Below, one piece after another: positions 26,001-37,354 of a stretch of DNA of 61,536 nt. The translations under genes and the position numbers were made by a program. The notes under the pieces are model-generated. The model ran no database searches. It was not told the origin of the DNA and saw nothing but the letters and a program-made list of their open reading frames with translations. The stretch comes from Catajapyx aquilonaris (Eukaryota): NCBI GenBank assembly GCA_000934665.2, contig JYFJ02002200.1, positions 1 to 61,536 of the forward strand. Reading direction: 5' to 3'. Numbering within the stretch: position 1 is the first letter of the stretch; each line of letters begins with the position of its first letter.

Positions 26001-26529
26001 AACACCCAAATTGTCCTTTAATTATAACGAATCATTTTTAAAATAGGAAATCAGACACAATCACTCTCTTCTGGATCCTTAGGCAAGAACAAAAGAGGTG
26101 AGTATAAGGCCGTAAATAATGACCAAATACAGTGTAGTCTAAAACCTCATTCCATCGACAGAAGCATCCAAGAACATGACTAATTTGTTCGAACGAACTT
26201 TGACCAAGCGTTCCATTTACGACAACCAAGGTGAGTTCACCTTCACCATCAGTACAGTCAAAAGGACACTGGCGGACAAGGGTGAGGAGCTAGTTCATTG
26301 TAAAACTGGTGGTAATCAGAGCCACTAATGGTTATACAGTGAACTTGTTGGAGCTCCCCATCTTTGTTCATGACATAACATGACTAATACCTGCCACATT
26401 ATTTACATAGGATCCAGCGACGAGAAGGATTCAAAGGGCCCAGAGTTACCAGTTGCTGCGTCCGTCCGATCTCGCCGTACAGTAGGGATGTTCATGCCCT
26501 CGGAGCCGGCTGCTCCCCTCCCTATGTGA
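23094..26529 (+). CDS. Secreted prepro-polypeptide, ~265 aa: signal peptide, 8-Cys head, multiple dibasic-cleaved peptides
   Basis: Ten coding exons, all GT-AG, all introns phase 1, frame continuous: 23094-23289, 23349-23402, 23895-23963, 24214-24258, 24973-25056, 25127-25165, 25227-25298, 26047-26097, 26162-26230, 26411-26529 (798 nt incl. TGA). Starts MKWICLLLGACALVCGVMG. Contains RSKR, KAKR, LSKR, RSKR, ISKR, KNKR, LTKR, RSRR. A 5'UTR intron lies at 23029-23081. Confidence 0.8.
23550..23839. mobile_element. MITE family A, full palindromic copy in an intron of gene 1
   Basis: Long near-perfect inverted arms CACTCTTAACCATTTACC... / ...GGTAAATGGTTAAGAGTG; TA TSD. Confidence 0.9.
25816..25992. 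mobile_element. MITE with 8-bp TSD (hAT or P superfamily) and internal 11-bp repeats
   Basis: TIR CAAGGGGTTAGCAACTCCC / GGGAGTTGCTAACCCCTTG; TSD GGTAGTGC at 25808-25815 and 25993-26000; (GGAACCGGCCT)n inside. Confidence 0.85.
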
Positions 26530-27141
26530 TGGCAATGCCTGAATGATGATCATGGCCGCTATCAGCAGTCAGCAGACTCGACCCTATAACTCCCCATTGA
26601 TTTGCAGCGCATTTGCCTCGGCAGGGGTGCATCATTATGTGACGGGATGTTACCATGCATGTATCGGTACATGTGATGCACTTTGCTGAGGTGGATTGGA
26701 ACTTTTGACACACCCATTTAGGCCTCATTCCCCAGGCACTGCACAGCATATTTTATGATATGGTGATAATATAAAACTTGTCTCCTATGTGTCGTATGGG
26801 CTCGTTTTATTTTTTGAACACTTGACCTGCTGGCGATGACTGGGAGGCAACAGATGAACGTTGGAAATGGAAGACTTGCTTTTTCAGATCAAGACATAAA
26901 ATACTGAAAAATTTAAGTCACATTGATTTTTAAATATGAGGGTTTGAATTTTCAAAATTATGCTGTCGCTTGGGCTGTAGGATAAAACTGACTTAATGGT
27001 CTCAAATATATAAAAAATTTAAATCCTCTCAATGATGTGAGCGAAATATGAAAGATTTCAGTAACTTTAAATATTTCTGCATTCACATTTTGTATACTGA
27101 TCCAGGTACGGTGCTTTATTACTGTAGTTGACAGGGAGGTA

Positions 27142-27280
27142 CTATGGGGCTCATGTTTTGGCCACTTTATCCTGGTCTTGAAGCAACCCTTCACACAGGC
27201 CCCACGGTGAGCAAGTGTGTCTGTGTGAAGGGTTGCTTCAAGACCAGGATAAAGTGGCCAAAACAATTTGAGCCCCATAG
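27142..27280. mobile_element. Palindromic MITE with TA TSD
   Basis: ~57-bp inverted arms CTATGGGGCTCA...CCTTCACACAG / CTGTGTGAAGG...TGAGCCCCATAG. Confidence 0.8.
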
Positions 27281-27545
27281 TACACTGTCAAAATTCCCAG
27301 TTCATGAAGAGAATATGGGAAGAAGTTCTGGATTGTTCAATTCAGTAACCATTTTATTAGTAATAAGCTTTTTGGAATAAGCAACAATAAGGGTCACATT
27401 AAATTGTAGTGATTGTTTTCCTTCTAATAAAGCTAGCTGCTGGGATGAACAATTTCTAGCTACTTGCCCTACACTTCTCATGAGATTGGGATACGTCAAT
27501 CACCTGATGTAGTGCACTAATAAACACCTGCATTTTTAGTCACTA

Positions 27546-28412
27546 CTAGCAGGTTACCCGGCGTTGCCCGGGTATGTTGGGGTACTGGTAAGGGGTACAT
27601 ATACACTATTTTAGGAAGTGTGTTTGTTTGTAAAAATTTCCCTTCCGTACACTGGAAACTCGATATGTCTTAAAATAGGCCTTATAAGTTGCAATAAGCC
27701 AAAGTTTGTCACTCTCTGTGATAGATTACCTGCTTGTCTTATAGTGTAGTCGACACAGATATTCTGATTGGATGTGTAAAAAGAGGATTGCGGATGGAGT
27801 TGGCCCAAGAAAAGACTGCACAGCCGTGTATTTTTTCCCCCTGCATTTTTGACCCCTTGACCCCCCAACCCCACTTCACACCTCCATCTCGTTCCATATG
27901 TTTGCTTTGAAGAACTCTAGAAATGTACGTACAGACGTACAGATGCATGGTGGAAGAAATATTTTCAACACGGAGTAATATTAGTAAATACTGTACTATT
28001 TTATTGTATTTATTTTTGTCTGGAAGTCTACTTTCTAATCCCACAAAATCCCGGAATGACCATACGATACGAACTCACGTGAGGTGCCAATTATTAGCGC
28101 AATTGGTGCATGCGTTGAATTTACCGTCGATGGTTTAATTTGCTAGGTATATTGAACTTGCATAAGGGCATTTCCATGGGAATTTGAATTGATATATTGT
28201 TGTAAGTTAATTGTTAAGGCCCGAGAAGAGAGAAGATTCGGGAATATGCGTGTTGTGGGAGTTAGGTACATTTTCGGAAGCTGAAACATGCGGCATTAAA
28301 TTCCTTGAAAAATGTAACCCCCGATATGCTAATTTAAGGCGGTGTAGGGGCCTTCCCCAGGATTTCTATAAGGGACAAACATCTGACAAACTTCCTTATT
28401 TATAGATATAGA
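27546..28412 (-). mobile_element. Non-autonomous Helitron (minus strand)
   Basis: The minus strand reads CCCGGGCAACGCCGGGTAACCTGCTAG|T at 27546. Candidate 5' end A|TCTATATCTATAAATAA at 28412 (less certain). Confidence 0.65.
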
Positions 28413-29702
28413 TTCGAAGGAATTCCATCTATTTGAAAACCATAATTCACCATTTAGAAAAATATAATGTAGGACTGTACAGCCTGTGTCCTGAGGATAT
28501 AAACCATATGTTAAATCCGCATTCAAGGTGAGACCTGCTATAAGCATTATAATTATTGAAGTTCAGTGCCTTCAAAAACATTACAATGCCCAAGGATAAA
28601 TAATAAGTCTCTTTGGGTGAGGCCCCGAGTATGCTGTATTATGTGACTCAATAGGTTTTATTGCAGTTGAAGTAATGATTGAGGCTACTAAAAGGTTTTA
28701 TAATCCCATGAAGAATTGAGTTCGTCGGTCTATGGCTCGGTCTGTGGAGGACTATTAAATTCGATTACCTCACATGGTTACATTCCCCCCCCCCCCCNNN
28801 TCCCCCCCCCCCCCCTGCATACACAAACCTTGAGAATTATTTACTCTATTTTAGAATTTTAAAAAACAACAACACCAACCGCTCCTGCTTTAAGTCCGCC
28901 TAGCTTATTGCCTGGAAAATATTGATATATGTTAATGACTTATAATATGGACATGTTTATTATTTCATACGACTACTGTAATTGCAATTACCCCTATAAC
29001 AGCTGGATAGCACATTAGGATTATGTAATACAGTATTTAACTACAGGAAGATGCTTATAAAAATTACAAGACCTAAACAACTTGAAATTAGGTAGCCTAC
29101 ATCAATAATTTTGTCAGTATACGTAACATAGTTAAAATTAAATGCAAAATAATTCTGAAAAATAATTATGTTGTAATATGTTCTTGAACAATGGAAAAAT
29201 TATCGCCTGGACTCCTGAAAGAAGCAGAAATGGTGTAATAAGAACGTAATCTACATAATGAACTCTGAAGAAGCATTCTTCTTTGTACAAGAGCCATTAA
29301 GCAGATACGAAAGGCATTCCACTGTGAAATCCCACCGATTCAACTGTGGTCAAACAATTTGTCTTGCAAACTGCGATTTCGAGAACAAAATTCCGTCCGT
29401 TATCGTGCAAGCATGCGGACATATTGTGGAACAGCTATTGATATCACAGGAATGTCCGAATTGGTAGCAAAAAGCACGAAATTAGGGGGCGGCGACTAGA
29501 AAAAATCAGCTTAACTATCGCAAGAAGCCAGATATTATGTACTCGGAATAATGGTTTAACACGCATTTGAAATGACGCAATACGCTCTGACCTTTGTTCA
29601 AGAACCGGAGACGACAACTGACAATAGCCTGCACGAGCAGAAAGCTATCGCGGGACCATTAGTGCTTTCAAACCCTTTTGTTTAGGAAATGCACAATGGA
29701 GG

Positions 29703-29720
29703 CATAAAAGCCATAAAAAG
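29703..29720 (+). promoter_or_regulatory. Tandem TATA-like motifs upstream of gene 2
   Basis: CATAAAAG and CATAAAAAG, ~150-165 nt upstream of ATG 29867. Confidence 0.35.
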
Positions 29721-29866
29721 TTGTTTAGTGAGCGCTTAATCTTTGGTGGACGGTTGGGAAGCCAAAGGACTCCCCATCCCACTTCTGCACATTCGGCAAA
29801 GGGCCTTTGACAAGTAGAGAAGGCACCGGTTGACTCTTCTCTGGGTCCATCTGGGCAAGCACCAAG

Positions 29867-32800
29867 ATGGACTGGAGAGCTTTATTGCTCTGTCTCATTA
29901 ACTTCACCTATGGCTTGGTCCACGGAGAAGGTGAGTTATTACCCAATTTTTCTGTCCAATTCAAGTACTTGTTCGAGTGTCCATTTGCATTTTTTAAAAA
30001 GTTTAGGACTCTGACCATTTTTGTGGCTCATGTTCTATTAGTGTCAATTTCAACAGCCATGCTGGTAAAGTTATATTAAAATAATTAGGATTCATTATTC
30101 ACGCGAATTTTACCATGATATTTTCGGAAGGTGTTGCTAGTTCTATGAGGAAGGAAATTGTTGGAGAAAATTCATTATTGCAAGTTAGAATCGCAAAGAA
30201 AATGGCTGGGTATATATTTCATTAGGAAACCTGGGGGTCGTACCGTCATAACCGGTCGTAACTATAGTTAATTATTAGTAACTATGGTTATTACCAGTTA
30301 CGACGAAAATTTAACTTACGACATTGGATGAATCCACCCCCCTGGGGCTCAAGCATGTTCTAAAAGTTAACCGCCCTAGTTAATATTATATCGTAATTTT
30401 GTTCGGTGATAGCAAAGCATTCCAACCATTGTATTGCACCAACCGAAATTACCGATTCGATATGTTCCTAATGGACCGTTAGCAGACCTTTTAACGTGTG
30501 CTAACGAGCTGTTAGGAGCTATTGAATAGGTAATTTCGTTGGTGCCATCCGGCACTAGAATCACAGCAAATAGAGGAGCGGAATTATATGCAGCCTATGT
30601 TAGAATTCCAAGTGGCTCTCTAAAGTAGATTAAGATCATCATTTTTAATGGCGAGTTTTGTTAACTGTGTAGCATAACTAAGAAGTTGCTAACAAAATCC
30701 CGACGATTTTGTTAGTGGGTTCCTTGAAAGTAACTATCCCAACTTTTAAGATTTTTTGTATTAAAAAAAAATGATTATTTATGTATACCCCAATGGGAGA
30801 ATCAGCGCTCTATTAGGGGGGTGGAGTAGGCTACCACCATTGGATGGGGCCAAGGATAGGGAAGGAAGGAAGCGGCTGTGGCCTATTATACGGAAACAAC
30901 CCCGGAATTATCCTGGGGGGACCGTGGAAAACCACAGAATTTTTTTGTATTTATAACGTAACACAATTTTTGTAATAGCAAAAGACCATTTTCTGAAATT
31001 TTATCCACAACGTACATTTTACCAGTTACAGCTGTGCCTAGCAGGGTCCCCTACATGGTTGCCTCCCCCACCCTAACCAGGGTATTGTCTTCACGTAGTC
31101 CTTATGCAATCTAGCTCCAATATGGCCGCCCCATGCTGCAGGATAGGAAATTGGCAAGCAATTCGTTTTTGTTTTTTTCAATTGTTTTTTTTTTCAATGC
31201 ATGTAGCTCCTATGTGAATTAGCTCCAATATGGCGGAGAGACAATACCCTGTCTAGGTGGGGGAGGCACTCATGTAGGTGACCCTGGTGCCTAGTAAATC
31301 GGCTCTAATATGCTCAGCTTTAGAATATGCTGACGTCACGATGGGCAACAATGACTATCAACAATGTAACAATGAAAGCCTTGTGACATCAGTACTATTC
31401 TACGCTAAATGCATAGTATGTGAATAGTTACAACGCGTGTTCTTTAATTTTTGTAACATTGACCAACAAAAATATTACATTCCAGTTTTTGCCTAGCTCC
31501 CCACTAACTGTATGCCAATCCTTGTATTTCAGTGGCCAGGGAAAAGAGGCAAATGCCTTTTGCACTGATGTTCCCTCCGAACCCATGGTTATGGCAACCG
31601 TTCTCAGCACAACATGCTCCCCAGCAACCTATCATGTGGGCCCCTCGCTCAACATACATGCACTCAAACCCTGCCTACGGGTACGGAAATAGGCCTCCGA
31701 CCACCTGGGCTCAACTTAACCCATACGAATATTACGGAGAAGGTAAGACACCTATTCAAAAAAAAAAAAAAAAAACCAATGCAACGTCAACACATTTCAC
31801 CTGCAGATTACAATTTCGACGGACCAAATCCATTTTCGGACAGCGATAATTCATCTCCAAAGAATTTTGACGACGTTGATATCTCCAAGTATGCGACAGC
31901 ACGTAAGCTGGCCAAAGACGAGATGTGGTATGTGGAAAATCCCAAGCAGGTGTCTCAATTCAACTCGAAGGGAGATGCGAATATAGACAATGGTAGGCCG
32001 AAATTGTATATATTTGTAGTGTCAGGTATGCATGTTTTTCATATTGACAACTTTATTTTGGGCAGGCATCACGGGGAGAAACAAGAGGAAATTGGCAGCT
32101 ACAAAGGCCGCTGAAGATGGTAATTGAGTGTTGCATGGTGAAATTTTATTGCTTTGTAATATTATTTCTTTGCAGCAAAACTGCAGTCCAAGAAGCAGAT
32201 CTGGCCCAAGAGTAAGGACGAAGACAAGGACGAAGACAAGGACATAAGCCAACCTAAGGAGAAGGTTTTGAGCCGGAAAAAGCGTACGTATCATTATCTC
32301 AGTTTTAGATAAAAATTAATAAAGCATTATATAATTAGATGAAGCTGATATTTTGGGACACTTGGCATTATATTTAAAAATACAGGGTGTTCCAATTTCG
32401 GGGGCCACTTCTTGATAACTGATATCGCCTGATAGCAGTTATTTTTTGTAACTTGTTGTGCCCCTAACCGTGTGCCCCATTATACTATAACTACTGCTAT
32501 ATTCGATCCACTGTGGGCCGAATATAGCAGTAGTTATAGAATGGGGCACATGCTTAGGGGCACAACAAGTTACAAAAAAATTACTGCTATCAGGCGATAT
32601 CAGTTATCAAAAAGTGAGCCCCGAACTTGGAACACCCTGTACCGTATATTCTGTAACTTGAATATCCGAAAATTTTGTACACTGCCAATGTATTAGCTAA
32701 GGCGATTTGCATGATAATCTGCTGATTTTAATTTACGTTACTATTCTTTGCTGCAGGTATCATTAGTGGACTGTTAGGAGGTGGTGGTGGTGGTAAGTAA

Positions 32801-35800
32801 ACGTTACTTTTACTAAAATAATACGTTTTTGTAACAGTCTCAAATAATGGTATTTGCGTAAAATGACCACAGAATCACAAATCTCTAAGCAAAATTGCAA
32901 AAATATTGCAAGATTCCAGCATGTCAGTCACCGATACCACCGATATTTTGCTGATGGCTTATTGCAATTTACGAAAATGCATAATCAGCTCCTAAATCTG
33001 TGATTAATTTAAAGGTGGACCCGGTGCTATTCTGGGAAGCCTTCTTGGAGGTGGAGGCGGAGGAATACCGATTGGTAAGCACTATTTTCCTCAATTCATG
33101 CCGCCTACCTATATTTACTATTGGGCTAATAATGTGTTGTGGTTTCAGTTGGCGACATGCTATCAGGATTTCTTGGTGGAGCAGGTGGAGGTTTGCCGTT
33201 AGGTAAGCACTACGCAGTAAATGTTGTCGGCAAGGAATTAACAATTACTGTCATTTTAGGTGGTGACTTCTTAGCTGGACTTCTTGGTGGAGGCGGAGGC
33301 GGAATCCCAATAGGTCAGTGATGAGTTGTGAAGTTGATTGTAGAAAAAGAAGCATATTAACTAGATATGTGTTTTTTTCTTAAATTTCAGCTGGCGACTT
33401 GCTATCAGGATTGATTGGCGCAGGAAGTCCAACTGCAGGACTGCCAATAGGTTTGTAATGTCTTCTGATAAGCCTAAATATTGGTTTTGACATTTGGTTT
33501 TGCTTTTGCAGTTGGAGATTTCCTGAGTCGTCTTGCCCCCGGAGGTGGAGGAGGAGGAGGAGGAGGAGGAGGAGGTTTAGGAGGTTTAGGAGGTTTTCCC
33601 ATTGGTACGTGTCTCTCTAACAAAGAACGTACAAAAATGCGTATCACTTGCTTGAAAATGTATGTCTCTTTTCTTTCAGTGGGCGATTTATTCGGCGGAT
33701 TATTTGGAGGTGGTGCAAAAGGTAAAGATTATATTTCTTCCAAAATGTCAAGCTTGAAAGTAACAATATGTAAACTGTAAACTACTACACATGTCATATA
33801 CTTCAGCTGCTGCAGCTGTAGCAGCAGCAGTTCCTAGTGCCGGAAACCAAGCTCAGCAGCTGTTCTCACTGTTGGCAGCAGCTAAAGCCAGAGACCAAGG
33901 ACATGCACAACAGCAAGGACAGCAACAGTTGCTGCAGCAATTTCAAGACCAGCAGCGACAACAACAGCAAATGCAAATGCAGATGAACCCGGCTGAAATG
34001 CGACCGCCGCCTGCACATAATATGATGTATGGAGGTGGTGGCGATGGCACAGCCAACCAGAAGGGTAAGGGGGACGAGCAGTTTGAAGGTCATAGTGTAG
34101 ATAGGATACCGATAAACGACATAGTGTAACAAACATAAAACTTAACATAGCCACAAATTTGTGCTCAACCAAACTCTGCTACTTCGAATATGCTACTGCT
34201 GCACCAAGGCTGCCATTCAAGGGAAATGGGATGCGACAAATACAATTTGGCTTAGTCATTTGGCAACAGAAGCCAAGTCAACAGTATCAGTCTTATACAA
34301 GGATTGGCGCAAGTTGACATTTAGGGGTAATATAAATTCATATACAGTCAGGTATATTTTTCGTACGGCTACCAATACGACTTACAGTTAGATCATTTGA
34401 TGCATTTCAAGAGTGCTGCTCATATCAGAGAAGCTCTTCATGCTGTAAATTGTATTTCCAAAAGTCACGATGGTAGAATAGGGTTTCTCGAGATTATAAT
34501 GTGAACGAGATGCTTTTATGGCTCTCAAGAAGAGTCTGACGAAGTGAGCATGATATTCGAGAGCAGAGGCAAGTTTCTACCATCCTTCTTCACTCATCAA
34601 AACATATTGGCAAGGATGGGAATGTGAATCGGAGCGATAGCAGTTTCGGAAGAGGTTAGTCATTCTTTTTAGACTACCAAAGAGTTCTGTCATTTACCTT
34701 TGTTTCAATACTCTTCGGTAATAATATTCTGACGTAGGCATCAATGTGGGCACCATTTGCTACAGTGGCTTCGGACACATCTCAAATAATGCCACGTGTG
34801 AATTTTGTAGGCAATCCTTCAGAACGGAAGGTGGCAGCAATAGTGGCATCGAAACATTTCTCAACGCATGATAGTTGCTCTTCAATCATTTCCCTTTACA
34901 TTTGTTACGTTTTGTATCATCGATTAGGTAAGATTTTCGCCATATAATGGTTATTTTCCATAAATAGCATTACTGCTGTCTTCGGGGATTTTGTTCTAAT
35001 TCAGCAACTTCACATTATTATGGTACGATAAAAACCACGACAATAAAGTAACATGAATTCTCAGCGTGTCACTGTCATATCAGAACAATATATTGATAAG
35101 CATCTCAGTAGTGAAATTAGTTGCCTATATACTGTTGCAGTAGGGGAGACGGAGTGGTGCTGCGGTAACGTATGCGCCCACGGATGTTAAGGTCCCGGGT
35201 TCGATCCCAACCCGGGGACACCCCCTTCATCTCGTGCAGAGTTCAGGGTCACCTCTGGCTTTGTCTCGGGTGGTATTTCCACAGACTAAACCACCCGGGG
35301 GAGTTCACTAAAAATGGCCACCACGTCAGATGCACTGCACTTGCACATCCCCTCCTGCCATCCTGCCCGTGGGCCCGGGCGCTTCTCAATGGCTCCAACT
35401 TGTACACTATGTAGGATCAAATAATAAAGGTCCGTTCCGAACGCCGAAAGGTGAAGCACTACCCCCACAATTATTTAATTATTTATTTATACTGTTGCAG
35501 TTACTTTTGCAGTAACAGTTATTGCATTAAATGTAGCTTGAACAAGCTGATTACTAATATTCTACCATTCGATCCTTTCCAATGGTACAAAAAAACTTTA
35601 TAATATTTCATTTCACTTATTGCAGCTAAGAGAAGTATCGACTCAGACAACCAGACTACCAACAAGGATACTCCGGATGAAACAGAACAACCAGAACAAC
35701 CAGAACAACCAGAACAACCAGAACAACCAGAACCAACCAGTTAGTATTTGTGCTTTGGATTTGCAGATACATTGAAATGACTACCATTGTCTATTTGTGT

Positions 35801-37354
35801 TGCAGGTGAGAAACCTGAAGAAGTAGCCACCAAGCATGACGATGCACAGGAATCCAAAGGTAAAGATGGGACCTGTTGATAGCCATACGCACACAAACCT
35901 AAAATATGTTAACGTAAATCACAACGTATTATTGACATGAAGTTGTGTTGTTGTTTTTTTGCATTACTTTAATCTGAAATTGCAAAACTTGCAAGTTATA
36001 AACTGTTGCCATCTATTGCAGAAACAATACACCAAGTGCCAAAGAAGTATCTTCTTCTCTTGAATAAAATCTTGAAGGCAAAAAACCAAGGTAGGTTGGG
36101 TAGTTTGATAATAATTAGGATAAGTGCACTCTCCTAATTGACTGGGTAAAAACGATCCTTTATTGACAGTTGCTCAAATCAATCTCATTGAGACATAAGA
36201 GTGTTTATTATCCCATATTTACAGCAGTTGATCCATCACCTGAAGTTCAAAAAAAATGTCTTTGAAATTTATAATATATTGGAATTGAGAGCAAATGTCA
36301 GTTTTTCGTCACGTGATTTTGGTGGGTGCAGAGAAATTTCGTACCGAATTATAACACCATGTTTATTCGACTCATTTAGAATTCAAGCAAAACTTTGGAC
36401 TCATGAGTGATCAACAAAGTGCTGCACCAAGTCCATTTATGGCTCCCTACTCACCCAGGAACTACTATTTCAATCCAACCCTAGATTATCCAGTGATATA
36501 TCAGGTTCCTCAGTTTGACGTTTACGACACACGTGATTCTATCACTCCCGGTAGGTCACTTTCTACCTGGAAAAATGACATTCTCATATATTCACTTTCC
36601 CCAGGTTATGCTGCTCCAGTTGAATTTGACACGATCCACCATGGCGCAGATAATAATTACTATGGTACAAAGTTATTGTTATGGATTTGGTGCAACTTGA
36701 ATTTAACAATTGTTTCTCCTCCTTAGGCGTAGATGTCAAGCAACAAAAGCGAAACATCGCTATAGCACATGATCTAACTGACATGAGACCTCCACTGCCT
36801 TCGGTGAAAGCAGAAGGACGACTGATTGATGCGCCTCGTAAGCACACCTTGGGATGGAGAAGTCCGATAACTGGACACCGCGAAGTAGATCTAGAGGAAT
36901 ACATGGAGACGCCTGCTGATTACCAGAAGCAAGCTTTGTCGTCGCTGAGTAAGTACTTGGCTCATCTGAAACAGAAAAAGAATTACTAATGTCGTATATA
37001 ATATTGAACTTGGAGCAAAAAGCACATCTGACGTTTCATTTTTGGGTACAGCTCCCGGAGCAGATACGTTGCTGTTGACAAATAGCGACGATTTGTAACA
37101 TTTGACACTGGAAATCGTAGCAATTTCACTTAAAAAATCATTCCGTCACTACAATATCTACTGCAGTTACAGATAACCGCAACTGGATGTGTCCCAGGAT
37201 AGCACAAGCGAAACGATGGTGTTCGTGGTCCCAGCAGTCGTGCAGCCGTGACATCGACTGCGAAGATAACCAACGATGCTGTCTGTTGCCATGCGGATGG
37301 AAATGCGTTACTCAGGCCAGCCCACCAACAATAGGCACGAATTTCATTAAGTAG
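29867..37354 (+). CDS. N-terminal part of gene 2 (or a stand-alone ~716-aa isoform): signal, Pro/Tyr/Trp-rich, Gly/Leu repeats, Gln-rich, EQP repeat, one WAP
   Basis: Twenty in-frame exons linked by phase-1 introns, with REKR, RNKR, RKKR, KAKR, QQKR sites. The WAP exon starting at 37173 reads on to TAG at 37352-37354; AATAAA follows at 37475 and 37533. Confidence 0.7.

Noticed and set aside
27142..27280. Long hairpins as possible pre-miRNAs (also 23550-23839, 32383-32639, 59359-59616)
   Set aside because: TIR/TSD structure (or location inside a Helitron) points to transposons; no known mature miRNA recognised by eye.
35142..35215. tRNA-like sequences here and at 54090-54165
   Set aside because: A and B boxes are present but no proper cloverleaf. 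The 35142 copy has a SINE body, tail and TSD.
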